Positions 19,455 through 30,853 of a stretch of DNA of 64,000 nt are shown piece after piece. The stretch comes from an uncultured Chthonomonadaceae bacterium (GTDB lineage: Bacteria > Armatimonadota > Chthonomonadetes > Chthonomonadales > Chthonomonadaceae), in contig CAWIEK010000041.1 of NCBI GenBank assembly GCA_963835065.1, positions 128,001 to 192,000 of the forward strand. The letters are read 5' to 3'. Made by a program: the position numbers and the translations under genes. Within the stretch, counting starts at the first letter, position 1. Each line of letters starts with the position of its first letter. Under the pieces are notes generated by a model, which worked only from the letters and a program-made list of their open reading frames with translations, made no database searches and had not been told where the DNA came from.

Positions 19455-20354
19455 ATGGGCCGCGCTGCGCGCAATGAGGCAATAACGGCGCTGCTGTTTG
19501 CCAGCCCCTGGTTCATCGGGTTCAGCGTGTTTATGCTGTATCCGCTGCTGGCGTCCATTTACTACAGCTTCTGCGATTACTCCGTACTGCGCCCGCCCGT
19601 GTATACCGGGTTCGCGAATTACCAGAATTTGCTGCACGACGATGTGTTCAAAGATTCCTTCAGGAACACGGTCTGGTACGCCGTTTTCGCGCTGCCTATC
19701 AGCACGTTTGCCGCCCTCAGCCTCGCCCTGCTGCTCAATACCAAAGTGCGCGGCATGACGTTTTACCGCGCCCTGTTTTACATACCGTCGCTGGTTCCGG
19801 CTGTGGCAACGGGCGTACTGATTACGTGGATTTTCAACGGGCAGCACGGCGTTTTGAACGAAGCGCTTCTGAACCCGATCTTGCGGCACTTCGGTAAGAA
19901 AGCGCCGCAATGGCTGGGCGATCCGGCGTGGTCCAAAGCAACCCTGATTATCATGGCGGCGTGGGGCGCGGGCAACGCGATGGTGATTTATCTCGCGGGC
20001 TTGCAGGACGTGCCGCAGCCCTTGTACGAGGCGGCGGAACTGGACGGCGCGACGTGGTGGCAAAAAACGCGCAACGTCACTATTCCCATGCTGTCGCCCG
20101 TGATTTTGTTCAACGTTATCATGGGGCTTATCGGAACCCTGCAAGTGTTCACCGTGCCGTATCTGGTATCGCCCGCCGGCTCGCCCGCCCGCTCCATCTA
20201 CTTTTACACGATGTATCTGTTCGACAACGCCTTTGTGTATCACAAAATGGGCTACGCCAGCGCGATGGGCTGGATTATGTTCCTTGTCATTCTCGCGCTC
20301 ACCATGCTGTCGCTGCAACTGTCCAAGCGCTTTGTGCATTACGGTTCGTCCTAA
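19455..20354 (+). CDS. Carbohydrate ABC transporter permease
   Basis: LAGLQDVPQPLYEAAELDGA (EAA loop), MGYASA. Start uncertain (19413/19455). Confidence 0.93.
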   Translation: MGRAARNEAITALLFASPWFIGFSVFMLYPLLASIYYSFCDYSVLRPPVYTGFANYQNLLHDDVFKDSFRNTVWYAVFALPISTFAALSLALLLNTKVRGMTFYRALFYIPSLVPAVATGVLITWIFNGQHGVLNEALLNPILRHFGKKAPQWLGDPAWSKATLIIMAAWGAGNAMVIYLAGLQDVPQPLYEAAELDGATWWQKTRNVTIPMLSPVILFNVIMGLIGTLQVFTVPYLVSPAGSPARSIYFYTMYLFDNAFVYHKMGYASAMGWIMFLVILALTMLSLQLSKRFVHYGSS

Positions 20355-20392
20355 TCTCGAGTAGTAGGAACATAAGGAATTTCAAAGCAAAG

Positions 20393-21238
20393 ATGCGTCA
20401 AAAAAACTCCTGGATGTTACATATCCTTCTCATTGCGCTGTCAGTGGTGTTCGCGTTTCCGCTGATCTGGCTGGTGCTGACTTCGCTGAAGCCGATTGAC
20501 CAGACCATGCACATTCCCATCATCTGGTGGCCGCGGGAATGGCAATGGGGCAATTATTGGAAAGCGTTCACGTTTAACCGCGAAAAATTGGGCTACATTC
20601 CGTTTCTCGTGTACGGGCGCAACACGCTGATGCTGGCGATACTGACCGTGAGCGGAACCGTGATTTCCAATTCCCTCGTCGCGTATGCGTTTGCGCGGCT
20701 GCGCTGGCCGGGGCGCGATTTCGTCTTCGGCCTGACGCTGGCAACGATGATGGTTCCGTTTCCCGTGCTGATGGTTCCCATTTTCAGCCTGTTCCAGAAG
20801 CTGCACTGGATCGGCACGTTCCGGCCCCTGTGGGTTCCCGCGTGGTTCGGCAGCGCGTTCAACATCTTTTTGCTGCGCCAGTTCTTCGCCACCATTCCCT
20901 TTGAACTCTCCGAAGCCGCCAAAATAGACGGCTGCTCGGAATGGGCCATTTTCCGGCAGGTGATTTTGCCGCTTGCCAAGCCCGCGCTGTCCGTTGTCGC
21001 CCTCTTCACGTTTATGGGAACGTGGAACGACTTCCTCGGCCCGATTTTGTACCTGTCGCATCAAAACCTGTTCACGCTCGGCCTGGGCTTGCAGGCGTTC
21101 ACCAGTCAAAACGGCGGCACGGAATGGAACCTGCAAATGGCCGCCGCAACCATCATCGTCGCGCCCATCGTCGTGCTGTTCTTCTTCACGCAAAAACAGT
21201 TCATTCAGGGCATCGCGGTGACGGGGCTGAAAGGCTGA
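20393..21238 (+). CDS. Carbohydrate ABC transporter permease
   Basis: FLLRQFF..IPFELSEAAKIDG, WNDFLGP, QKQFIQGI. Confidence 0.93.
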   Translation: MRQKNSWMLHILLIALSVVFAFPLIWLVLTSLKPIDQTMHIPIIWWPREWQWGNYWKAFTFNREKLGYIPFLVYGRNTLMLAILTVSGTVISNSLVAYAFARLRWPGRDFVFGLTLATMMVPFPVLMVPIFSLFQKLHWIGTFRPLWVPAWFGSAFNIFLLRQFFATIPFELSEAAKIDGCSEWAIFRQVILPLAKPALSVVALFTFMGTWNDFLGPILYLSHQNLFTLGLGLQAFTSQNGGTEWNLQMAAATIIVAPIVVLFFFTQKQFIQGIAVTGLKG

Positions 21239-21311
21239 GGAGGCAGGGTCTTAGGGTTCTAGGGTTTTAGGGTTTTAGGGTTTTGGGTTTCTGTAGGTTG
21301 ATGGTTGATAA

Positions 21312-21347
21312 AGAAGGCGCGGGAATCGCTTGATTCCCGCGCCTTCT
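21312..21347. terminator. Probable bidirectional terminator between convergent genes
   Basis: AGAAGGCGCGGGAATC-GCTT-GATTCCCGCGCCTTCT, a 16-bp stem extended by flanking inverted GTTGATA/TATCAAC heptamers. Confidence 0.8.
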
Positions 21348-21375
21348 CTATCAACTATCAACCATCAACTATCAA

Positions 21376-21864
21376 CTACTTAATCTTCGACTTGTCGTAG
21401 TAGCTGAAATCTATGGAGGTGAAGGCGCGCAGATTGACGCGGTATTGTTGCGCGGGCGCGACCGGCACGATGTTTGTGGAAATAGGCTGCGCGGTCAGGA
21501 CGAAATTGCCGGGTACGAGGGAGAGCTTGTAGCTGCCGTCACTGCCCGAAACAGCGGAACCGACAACCGTGCCGTCCGCCAGCGAAGCGACGATTTTTGC
21601 GCCGGCAATGGGGGTTTGCGTTGTAGAAGTCGTCGTGGTCGGCGTCATCAGCACCTTGCCCTGAAAACCGGAAGTGCCATCGCCTGCGGGGTCAATGGTG
21701 GAACCGCCCAAACCGTTGGAGCCATTGACAATGTTGATGCCGGTCGCGCCTGTGGTGGAACTGCCGCCGCCGCACCCGGCGAGAAGAAGCGCGAAGAGCG
21801 CGCTCAACAGCAGCACAACCGCACAACGCAAGGCGAACGGAGCATACAGCAGCCGTTTTCGCAT
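21376..21864 (-). CDS. Lipoprotein with carboxypeptidase-regulatory-like domain
   Basis: LLAGC lipobox; PIAGAKI...SGSDGSYKLSLVPGNFVLTA. Confidence 0.85.
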   Translation of the reverse strand: MRKRLLYAPFALRCAVVLLLSALFALLLAGCGGGSSTTGATGINIVNGSNGLGGSTIDPAGDGTSGFQGKVLMTPTTTTSTTQTPIAGAKIVASLADGTVVGSAVSGSDGSYKLSLVPGNFVLTAQPISTNIVPVAPAQQYRVNLRAFTSIDFSYYDKSKIK

Positions 21865-22561
21865 AGAGATTCCCTTTCTTTGCGCGCAGATTTCTTTGAC
21901 GCAATTGCTAAACAGTTGATAGTTGATAGTTGATAGAAAGGCAGTATCTACGAACTTTCAGCACCCCACCGCTTAGAAAACGAGATTGGTAAAATGTCCG
22001 GGTTCCGGCGGCATCGCTCCACGCCGGGTACGCGCTGAAAACGCAAACGGAACTCAGTTGAAGACGCAAACGGCAAACGCGCCGCGAAAAGCGCGCTTCA
22101 AAATCATGGGAGATAGTGTTGGTTTCTCTGGGGTTGCCGCCATTATACTAGTTTCAGCCAAAGGACGCAAGCGTTTTCTTATCATTTCCCACATTTTTCT
22201 CAATTTTCCTGCAACACCTGCCCTGCACATACAGCTGTCGCCACTCGCGTTGACGCGCGGCCAGATACATCCAGCCGTCTTCCTTCTGCCAAATGCGAAA
22301 TATCGTTTGGCTTTTACGTAGTTAATGGCAGAGCAGCCCGTTTGTTCGCTGCGTTATTGCGTGTTTTTGCGTAAAATCAGAGTATGTTAGCTCTGAACCA
22401 CTTCTTTACCTTCTTACCGCCTGAGCGCTTGGAAGCCGCTGACCTTGATGACCAAAGTGACCCGTAACAACACAAGCAGGCGGGCTTTCAACAGGTATAG
22501 GCTGAACCCCTTCGCGCAACGCGAAACGTTATGCAGCAAGAGAATTCGTAAACAAACAGCC

Positions 22562-24082
22562 ATGACCGATACAAGAACCAACACACCTAAACGGCTGCTG
22601 CGCACCATCGGCGTACAGAAACACGATGGTTCGGAGCCGCCCGTCACGCCGATACAGGAACTCGCGCTCTCGCCAAACGAACCGGGCGCGGAAACTGTTG
22701 CCGCTGCGGATTCCGCTGCGGAATCAAACCGCGCCAATATAGAAACCGTTCCCAACCCAAATGATAATCCACAATCCACAATCGAAAATCCAATCACGGA
22801 GGCGCTGCAAACCGGCAGATCGTACCTGCTGATTGACCGCTACGAAATGGCGTTGCCGTTCTTTCAATGGGTGGTCAGGAACGAGGCCGAGAATGGCGAA
22901 GCGTGGTTTCAGCTTGGATTGTGCCTGAACAATCTCAAGCAGTATGCGCCTGCCGTAGACGCGCTGATGCAGGCCACGCGGCTTCAGCCCGAAAACGCCC
23001 GCGCATACGAACAGTTGGGAGAGGTCTGCTGCAAGCTGAAGCGTTATGAGCAGGCAGTCCTTGCCTGCCGCCTGTGCCTGCGCTTGGACCCGGAAAACAC
23101 CTCGGCCTGGAATGACATCGGCCTTGCCTACTCAAATACAGGGCAGTACGAAGAGGGCAAGGCCGCGCTGCAAAAAGCAGTGATCCTGCGCCCGGAGCGC
23201 GTCTTGTATCGCGTGAACCTGGCGATCACGCTGGCGCAGCATAAGGAGTTTGAACCGGCGTTCGCCGAATGTGACGAGGCTATACGCCTGGAACCGGATA
23301 ATCCAATGGTTTACCAGGCGCTGGCGCATGTATGCAAGTTGGCTGACAGGAAACAGGAGGCTTTACAAGCTTGTAAGCAGGCGCTTCAGTTGGACCCACA
23401 GAATGTGGAAGCCTATATGCTTGTTGGCAGCGCCCATCGCGCGCTGAAACAGTACGAGGAAGCCATCGCCGCTTATAAGCAGGCAATACAGATTGCCCCG
23501 GAGTATGCTGTTGCCTATACGGGCATAGGCGTCATTTACCTGGACCAACAAAAGTCTGAGCAAGCCCTGCCCTTTCTGCAAAAAGCGATTGCGCTTCAAC
23601 CGGACTTTGCCGTTGCGTATAATCATCTCGGTATGGTCTTCATAAATCTACAGCGTTGGGAAGACGCTATTGTTGCGCTGGAAACCGCTTTGTGCCACCA
23701 GTATCGCAACCCCACTGCGCATTACCTGCTTGGTCAAGTCTATACTGAAGTCGGGCGTATGTGGGAGGCTGTGGAAACGACGGAACGCGCCATTGCGTTT
23801 GCGCCTGATGCCGCAGAGGCCGCTATCGGTTACGAAGCCCTGGCAAAACTTCATATCAAGCAGCGCAACTATCTGGAAGCCATCGCGTCGGCACAGCAGG
23901 CATTGATGCTCAACCCCTCGGAAGGCGGCGCGTACAATATTCTGGGAGTGGCCTACGATGCTCTGGGCCGTTATCAGGAAGCCTTTGACGCTTACATCGA
24001 AGCGGTACGCCTGATGCCGGGTGATGCAGTGGTCATGAATAATTTTATGACTGTGAGCCGCAAACTGGGGGAACAGGGGTAG
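22562..24082 (+). CDS. Tetratricopeptide repeat protein
   Basis: About 12 tandem 34-aa TPR units (e.g. AWFQLGLCL...A..LQPE.ARAYEQLG). Start uncertain. Confidence 0.93.
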   Translation: MTDTRTNTPKRLLRTIGVQKHDGSEPPVTPIQELALSPNEPGAETVAAADSAAESNRANIETVPNPNDNPQSTIENPITEALQTGRSYLLIDRYEMALPFFQWVVRNEAENGEAWFQLGLCLNNLKQYAPAVDALMQATRLQPENARAYEQLGEVCCKLKRYEQAVLACRLCLRLDPENTSAWNDIGLAYSNTGQYEEGKAALQKAVILRPERVLYRVNLAITLAQHKEFEPAFAECDEAIRLEPDNPMVYQALAHVCKLADRKQEALQACKQALQLDPQNVEAYMLVGSAHRALKQYEEAIAAYKQAIQIAPEYAVAYTGIGVIYLDQQKSEQALPFLQKAIALQPDFAVAYNHLGMVFINLQRWEDAIVALETALCHQYRNPTAHYLLGQVYTEVGRMWEAVETTERAIAFAPDAAEAAIGYEALAKLHIKQRNYLEAIASAQQALMLNPSEGGAYNILGVAYDALGRYQEAFDAYIEAVRLMPGDAVVMNNFMTVSRKLGEQG

Positions 24083-24177
24083 GTGTTGGGTGTTTGGGTA
24101 TTCAGGTATTCAGGTATTCGGTATTCGGTGTTCGGTGTAGTGTTCCCTATCTGCCCGCTACCGGGTACAATGAATGT

Positions 24178-25032
24178 ATGGAGCCAGAAATAACAAGTAC
24201 GCCTGTTATGGACACGCCTAATACGCCTGCGCGCGTTCGGCGTCCTTTGCGCCGACGCCGGGCGCTTTTTGCGCTATCGGTTTTTCTGCTGGTGGTGTTG
24301 AGCATCACGTGGGCGATTGGCGGATTGGGCGGCAATGTGCGGACGGTCACGCCGGGGCGGGTGTACCGCAGCGCGCAGATTACGGGGAGTGGCATCGGCG
24401 CGCTAACCGCCTGCTGGACGGGCAAGGGGCTGGAACAGGTCATCAAAGCGGACGGCATCAAGACTGTCATTAACCTGCGCGGCGGCAACGAGCAGAACGC
24501 CTGGTATCGCGAGGAACGGGAAATCTGCGCGCGAAACGGCGTAGACCATATTGACATCGGCATGAGCGCCATTCACGCCCCGCACCCCACCCAATTGAAG
24601 CGCCTGCTCAACGCTTTCGACAACGCCCGTTATCCCATTCTGTACCACTGTCAGGGCGGCTCGGACCGCTCCGGGCTTGTCGGCACGATCTACCTCAACG
24701 TGTACCAGAACGTGCCGCTCGATGAAGCGGAACGCCAACAACTGACCCTGCGCTACGCCCATTTCAAGTTCACGCGCACACGGGCAATGGACGACTTTTT
24801 TGATCGGTATCGGCAGACAGGGCGGGGCATGACGCTGCGCCAGTGGATACAAACCACCTATCCCGATGTGTTCGCAAAACTGCCCGCCAACGAAATCTCC
24901 GGGCCACCCACGCCCGCAGAACTGCTTACCGACCCGCATCCCATTTCTGCTTCACCATCTCATTCCAATTCGCCGGCGCGGGCTTCCACGCAGGGAGAGG
25001 GCGCGGCCCGCGCGGCGATCAACGGAGGCTGA
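24178..25032 (+). CDS. Protein-tyrosine/dual-specificity phosphatase family protein with N-terminal TM
   Basis: YRSAQ, GIKTVINLRG and the CX5R loop HCQGGSDRSG. Confidence 0.9.
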   Translation: MEPEITSTPVMDTPNTPARVRRPLRRRRALFALSVFLLVVLSITWAIGGLGGNVRTVTPGRVYRSAQITGSGIGALTACWTGKGLEQVIKADGIKTVINLRGGNEQNAWYREEREICARNGVDHIDIGMSAIHAPHPTQLKRLLNAFDNARYPILYHCQGGSDRSGLVGTIYLNVYQNVPLDEAERQQLTLRYAHFKFTRTRAMDDFFDRYRQTGRGMTLRQWIQTTYPDVFAKLPANEISGPPTPAELLTDPHPISASPSHSNSPARASTQGEGAARAAINGG

Positions 25033-25036
25033 ATTC

Positions 25037-27708
25037 ATGCGTTCGCACACGAGTTTGAGCGGCAATCGGAAACCCAACAAGCCGTCGCGCCTGCTGATTG
25101 CTTCCCTCTCCACAGTGGCCGGGGTTGCCCTGATTGCCGGAAGTAAAACGGCCTGGAGCCACCGGCAAGGCGCGGACGTTGCGCCGGAACCGCTTTCCAA
25201 CGGCAGGCGGATTGCGCCGCAGGGCCAGCAAACCGACGTGGGCAGTTTCCCCGTCAACATGGCGCTCAGTCCTGACGGCAAGTTTATCGCTGTGACCAAC
25301 ACGGGCTTTCGGCAGTTCCTCAGCATCCTCAGCGCCGACGACGGGCATCTCGTCTCGCAAATGCCCTTCAACCCCGCTCCCAACAACCGCGCCGACAAAA
25401 CTTCCTTGTACTATGGACTGTCGTTCCAAGGCTCGACAACCGGGGAAGGCTACCATGTATTTGTCTCGCGCGGCCCGGAAGACCGCATCAGCGGCATCTA
25501 CGTCACCTCGGAAGGCAAATTCGGTGGCATCGTGGAAACCTTCGAGAACCCCTCTACCGTTCCCCCTGCGGCCAAAGACGCGCAGCCCAATTTTGTCGCC
25601 GGTGTCGCGGGTGGAATCGGCAGGCTGTATGCCGCCAACAATGAAAGCAGCGCGTATACGGACTTCAAAGGTTCCGTCAGCGTTTTTGAAAGCAACATTC
25701 ACGTTCCAAACAAGCGCGTGGGACGCATCACGACGCCGGGCTTTCCGTATGCCATTGTCGCCGTTACCAAAGGGCGCGGATGCGGAGAAAAAGGTTTACG
25801 TGTCGAGTGAGCAGGACGGGTGCGTGGCCGCGCTGGACGTAGCCGATCCGGCAAACGGCAAGGATGTAAAGGACATTAAGACGGGCGATCATCCTACCGC
25901 GCTGCTTCTGGACAGGGAACAAAAGCGCCTGTTTGTCGCCAATTCCGGCAGCGATACCGTCAGCCTCATTGATACCGCCAACAACGCGGTTACGCGAACG
26001 TGGAATGTGCGCGGCAAATCAAAATTGCCGGGCGCAACCCCGACCGGTCTCGCCCTCAGCCCGGATGAATCGCGCCTGTACGTCACCCTTGCCGACCAGA
26101 ACGCCCTTGCCGTCATTGACCTGAAAAGCGGCAAAAACGAGCCGATGGGAATGATCCCGACCGGCTGGTATCCCACGTCCGTTGTTGTCAGTGGGGACGG
26201 CAAGCGCCTGTTCGTTGCCAACGCCAAGGGCGCGCGAACCCGCAACCCGAATGGCGATCCGGGGCGCAAAGCGGACAACGAGAAGTACATCGAAAACATC
26301 ATCGAAGGCACGGTGTCCATGATACCGACGCCTTCGGATGCGGAACTCGGACGATTGACGCAAATCGCCACGCGGCTCAATCTGGCTCCCGACAACCAGA
26401 AACTGCCCCATACCGGCATCAAGCACGTGATTTACATCATCAAGGAAAACCGCACGTATGATGAGATTTTGGGCGATCTGCCGCAGGGCAATGGCGACAA
26501 ATCCCTGACGCTGTTCGGGCGCGACGTGACGCCCAACCAACACGCCCTTGCCGAACGCTTCGTGTTGCTGGACAATTTCTACTGCTCGGCGGAAGTGTCC
26601 GCGGATGGCTGGAACTGGACGATTTCCGGCATGGGCAGCGAGTACAACGAACGCAACGTGCCCTTCAATTACAGTGGGCGCGGACGGGATTATGATTTTG
26701 AGGGGCAGATCAACGGAACGCCGGTTGACCTGCTGGACAAGCCCGACGTAAACCGCGCTCCCGGTGGCTATATATGGGACGCCGTTGCGCAAAAAGGGCT
26801 TGTCGTACCGCAACTACGGCTTTTATGTCGCCTTTGCCGACGCCAAAACGCTGGATGGCACGCTGATTACGAAAGAAAACACGCCCGTCAAGAAAGTCCT
26901 TGTCGGGCATACGGACACGGATTTCCGGCAGTTTGATATGGCGTATGCCGACAGCGACGCGCCCGCGATGCACAACGCGATTGCGCCCCGGCAGAAAGCG
27001 GCGTATGGAACCCACAATGCCCCGTCCCGCTTCGCCGAATGGAAGCGCGAGTTCGATGACTACGTTCGGACGGACAGCCTGCCCCGCTTTTCAATGGTGC
27101 GCTTTCCCCGCGACCATACCAGCGGAACCCGTGTCGGCGTGTCCACGCCCCGCGCCATGATTGCCGACAACGATTACGCGGTGGGGCAGTTGGTGGAAGC
27201 TGTCAGCGAAAGCAAGTTCTGGAAAGAAACGGCGATTTTCGTCATAGAAGACGACGCGCAGGACGGCATTGACCATGTGGACGCGCACCGCTCCATTGCG
27301 TTTGTCATTTCGCCGTACATTCAAAAGGGCATGGTAGACCATCACTTCTACAACTCGGACAGCGCGCTGCACACGATGGAACAACTGCTCGGCCTGCCGC
27401 CTATGTGCCAGTACGACGCGATTGCGCCCGTGTTTGCCGCGTTCGGTTCCACGCCCGCCAATGATGCGCCTTATACCGCCATTCTGCCGTCCCGCGAAAT
27501 CATAGCCGATGTGAACAATCGGCAGGCGTACCGCGCAAGTGACAGCGCCAAACTGGACTTCGCCCACGCTGACCGCGTTCCCGACCACACTATGCACGAC
27601 CTGATCTGGCACTCGGTCAAGGGCATCAACACGCCCCTCCCGCCCCTCCGCCACGCCCTGCCCACGTCTGCCCGCACATCCGCAAGGCGCGATGAAGATG
27701 ATGAATAA
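25037..27708 (+). CDS. YncE beta-propeller / alkaline-phosphatase-superfamily phosphoesterase fusion, split by two frameshifts (~25775, ~26790)
   Basis: Three consecutive frames give one recognisable protein: VGSFPVNMALSPDG; IPTGWYPT, IKHVIYIIKENRTYD, SADG; DHTSG, DNDYAVG, EDDAQDGIDHVDAHRS. Confidence 0.85.
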
Positions 27709-27763
27709 GGAATGAGGCGGCTTAAAGCCCCAAATCAAACATCAAGGATAAATTTGCGCTGCA

Positions 27764-27807
27764 AATGGAATAATCTGGAAGTGTGCATACTTCCAGATTA
27801 TTCCATT
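27764..27807. repeat. Perfect 19-bp inverted repeat (terminator or operator)
   Basis: AATGGAATAATCTGGAAGT-GTGCAT-ACTTCCAGATTATTCCATT. Confidence 0.85.
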
Positions 27808-27996
27808 AAATCTTTTTAGTTCCAGATAGTTCCAGATTGTAGGCGACTCCAGTGACATTCCCCTGTCGGAACGGGTAGGCAATTGGGCACAGCCCTTTTA
27901 TGACGAGCGCGAGGTGCTGACGTTTTTGGAAACGCAGTTTGCAGACCCGCAGCGTATACGCCGAATGTTGCCGCGCCGCCCAAGAAGGAGAGCGTT

Positions 27997-29394
27997 ATGA
28001 TAGCATCCATCTTGCAGCCTTTGATTGAACAGGGAGAGAATGTTCGCGCCGAATTCAAGAGCGCGGTTGAAAATGTGGAAGCGGTTGGGGAAACGGTAAG
28101 CGCATTTCTCAACGCCGGAGGAGGAACTCTGGTGGCTGGCGTAACCGCAAGCGGCGCGGTTAGAGGCATCGAAAATGCTCAGGAGATGGCAGGCCACATT
28201 CGGCAGGATTTGATTCAACACCTCTCGCCGCAAGCCTCGTATTCGGTAGGAGTGGAGGAGATTGGAGGCAAGCCCTGCATCGTTGTGGATGTGCCGCCCG
28301 GTTCCGAGCCTCCTTACGTATATCGGGATGGTATCTTTGTACGACGTGGTACGCGCAGCCTTCGCGCGGCGGGCGCGGACATTGCCGGCCTACTCCAGCG
28401 TCGGCGGCAGGAGCCTATACGGTGGGAACGCCTGTCTGCCCTGAGCATTGCTGTGGAAGAATTAGACCAAAACGAGATTGCTCACACTGTGAAGCAAGAA
28501 CAAAACAATCGCTGGCAAGCAAACAGGCAGGACTTTTCTGTTGAAGACGCGCTCAACGCGCTGAATCTGGCGGAGCGCGGGATGCCGCTCAACAGCGCGA
28601 TTGTTCTTTTCGCCCGACAGCCCGCCCGCCTGTATCCTCAAATCCGAGTGCGTGTCGCGCGGTTTGCCTCCGACAATCCCTCCGAAATTATAGACCATCG
28701 CACTTTTGAGGGGCATGCTTTCGCCTTGTTGGAACAGACACTTACCTTTCTGCAAGCGCATCTGCCGGTTGCCTCCACGTTACCCGGCGCAGAATTGATT
28801 CGCGCAGACAAGCCGCTCTATCCTCCCGGCGCAATCCGTGAGGCGCTTATCAACGCGCTGATGCACCGGGATTATGCCACTTATGATGGCGGCGTTGCCG
28901 TACGTATGTACCCGGATCGCATAGAGTTCTGGAATTCCGGCGCGTTGCCACAGGGCATGACCGTTGAAACGCTCCGGCAGGGGTATGTGTCACGCCCTCA
29001 CAACCCGGACATTGCGCACGTATTTTTGCTGCGGGGTCTTGCGGAGCGGATGGGTATTGGAGCGCGGCGTATCGTTGCCGAGTGCGTGGAAGCGGGGTTG
29101 CCGGAGCCGACGTGGGAGGAGCAGGGCGGCGGTATTCTGCTTACTTTGCGTCGAACGCCCGCCGTTGTCACTCCTAAGCGTAACATGCATTTAAGCCGAA
29201 GGCAGGCTGCGTTTCTTGAGCAGACGCCATCCGGGGAACGCATCACAGCGCAGGAGTACCATCGTCGGTTTGCATCGGATGTATCCGACCGGCAGGCGCG
29301 TACGGAACTTGGACAGCTTGTTGAAATGGGGTATGCGCGCCGCGAGGGCAGCGGGCCTGCGACTGCTTACGTGCGTACATCCTTGCCCAAATGA
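27997..29394 (+). CDS. Schlafen/AlbA_2 domain + HATPase_c_4 (RecG-C-like) + winged-HTH protein
   Basis: EFKS...VSAFLNAGGGTLVAGV; AIREALINALMHRDY, DRIEFWNSG, ERMGIG; C-terminal ARTELGQLVEMG...GSGPATAY. AAGGAG RBS. Confidence 0.9.
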   Translation: MIASILQPLIEQGENVRAEFKSAVENVEAVGETVSAFLNAGGGTLVAGVTASGAVRGIENAQEMAGHIRQDLIQHLSPQASYSVGVEEIGGKPCIVVDVPPGSEPPYVYRDGIFVRRGTRSLRAAGADIAGLLQRRRQEPIRWERLSALSIAVEELDQNEIAHTVKQEQNNRWQANRQDFSVEDALNALNLAERGMPLNSAIVLFARQPARLYPQIRVRVARFASDNPSEIIDHRTFEGHAFALLEQTLTFLQAHLPVASTLPGAELIRADKPLYPPGAIREALINALMHRDYATYDGGVAVRMYPDRIEFWNSGALPQGMTVETLRQGYVSRPHNPDIAHVFLLRGLAERMGIGARRIVAECVEAGLPEPTWEEQGGGILLTLRRTPAVVTPKRNMHLSRRQAAFLEQTPSGERITAQEYHRRFASDVSDRQARTELGQLVEMGYARREGSGPATAYVRTSLPK

Positions 29395-29726
29395 ACAAGC
29401 CAAAACAAACAATCAGCAGGCATACCGCGACAGTCGCTTTTGCATAACCCTGATAATTGTGTGGATGCCTGATTTCATTCTACTTCTGTTCGCCTCCCTT
29501 GCTTCTGGACGCGCCAACCGGCTCCGTTTCAGATTGGATGGAACGCATTATCGCGCGTCTATAAGCCATAGGCATTATAGTGTGTTAGGTACTTTCCGAG
29601 CGCATCTGCTTGCAACAACTGTTAACTCAGCAGACAAGCAGAGTATTCGATACCGTTTGCGGCTGAGTATCTCACTATGGGTAGTGCGAAGCATCGTGTA
29701 CAAAGCCGCACAAGGCCATTATAGCC

Positions 29727-29984
29727 TCAAAAGTACCTAACACTTTCTAGCTTATCAACCACCGCTTCTAAGGCTTTCATGTCCCACACGAAACCACACG
29801 CGCGTAAGGCCACGATATTGCCAAAGTTTTCAAGACTCACTATGTAGTCGTCTGTGCCTTCGATAAACGTCTGAGAGTCACTGCCGAGACTGGCGCGAAA
29901 GGCGACAGTAAGGACCGCCAAATCTTCCTTGCCGGTTGCACAAACTTTTACAGAGGTCTTATCAACCAGTTCAACTGTTCCCAT
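29727..29984 (-). CDS. Hypothetical protein or gene fragment in lower-GC tract
   Basis: 85-aa ORF with AAGGAAG upstream; no recognisable motif. Confidence 0.4.
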   Translation of the reverse strand: MGTVELVDKTSVKVCATGKEDLAVLTVAFRASLGSDSQTFIEGTDDYIVSLENFGNIVALRACGFVWDMKALEAVVDKLESVRYF

Positions 29985-30386
29985 GTTCTTCCTTTGCTTC
30001 CGCCTTGGCCCTGGTTCCGGTTCCCCTCATCTTGCCCTATTTGGTTCTCCTATCCTACTCCAGATTTACGCAATAATCTCACTTCCTCAGCAAGTTCGGA
30101 TAGGGTAACATTTGTGCGAGGTCATGCCCTCATTGATATTCAACAGCGATTGATGCAGCACAAGGAGAAGCGCCACGTCAGCGTCGGTTGCTTCCTTGTT
30201 TGCGATAGAACCGGAAGGCATCCGCGCGGCATTGCCTTTGGCAGTGGGCTGCAACGACATACGCGCGCCTTTCTTTAATGCCGAGTATCTTTCCATTCCA
30301 GGTTCTTCTGCTTCTCCTTGCTTGTTTTGGTGGAGAGTAGCGCAGCTTTGTTCTCGGATATTCCTTCAGTTTAACATCAAGAAGCG

Positions 30387-30810
30387 TTATCTGCGGCGTT
30401 TGAACGCAATGGCAAACGGCAGGGTAAGCAGAACGATGCCGCCAAGATTATACATATAGGGTGTAGACGGCCACGACGCGCCGGTCACGTTTTGCGCGGG
30501 ATCGGCTGCCAGATAGCGAACCTCGATCTTATCGCCGGGATGCAGATTGACACGCTCTTGCGCTCCTACTTCGCTGTGCCCGGTGTAATGCTTACAGTCT
30601 GCTTCAAAAGCGTACGTAATGTTTCGCTTTGCTGCCTGCTTCGCCTTCAAGCGATACAAGAGTTCCCTGCGTCTTCACACCTGCATCCTGAATATGATGG
30701 AAAGCGCGAAGTTGATTCATGCCGATGATGATCAGAACAACGCCAATCGCGCCCAAAAGCCAGCCAAGAACAGGATAGCGCACCAGCAGATTCGTTAACA
30801 AAAATCGCAT
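30387..30810 (-). pseudogene. DUF3592-like membrane protein, frameshifted near 30625
   Basis: TM then GVKTQGTLV in one frame; ITYAFEA..KHYTG...GDKIEVRYLAADP plus a TM in the next. Confidence 0.7.
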
Positions 30811-30853
30811 TGTAACTGGTTATCTGTGAAATAGGGACCATAGGCGCATAGCA

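Noticed and set aside
22040..22100. c-di-GMP-I riboswitch (GGCAAAC...GAAA, GACGCAAA-like words)
   Set aside because: The elements are in the wrong order and no second stem is evident. An Rfam/Infernal scan would settle it.
25760..26800. Programmed frameshifting in the phosphoesterase or S9 peptidase
   Set aside because: Multiple shifts per gene and no precedent for these families; sequencing error is more parsimonious.
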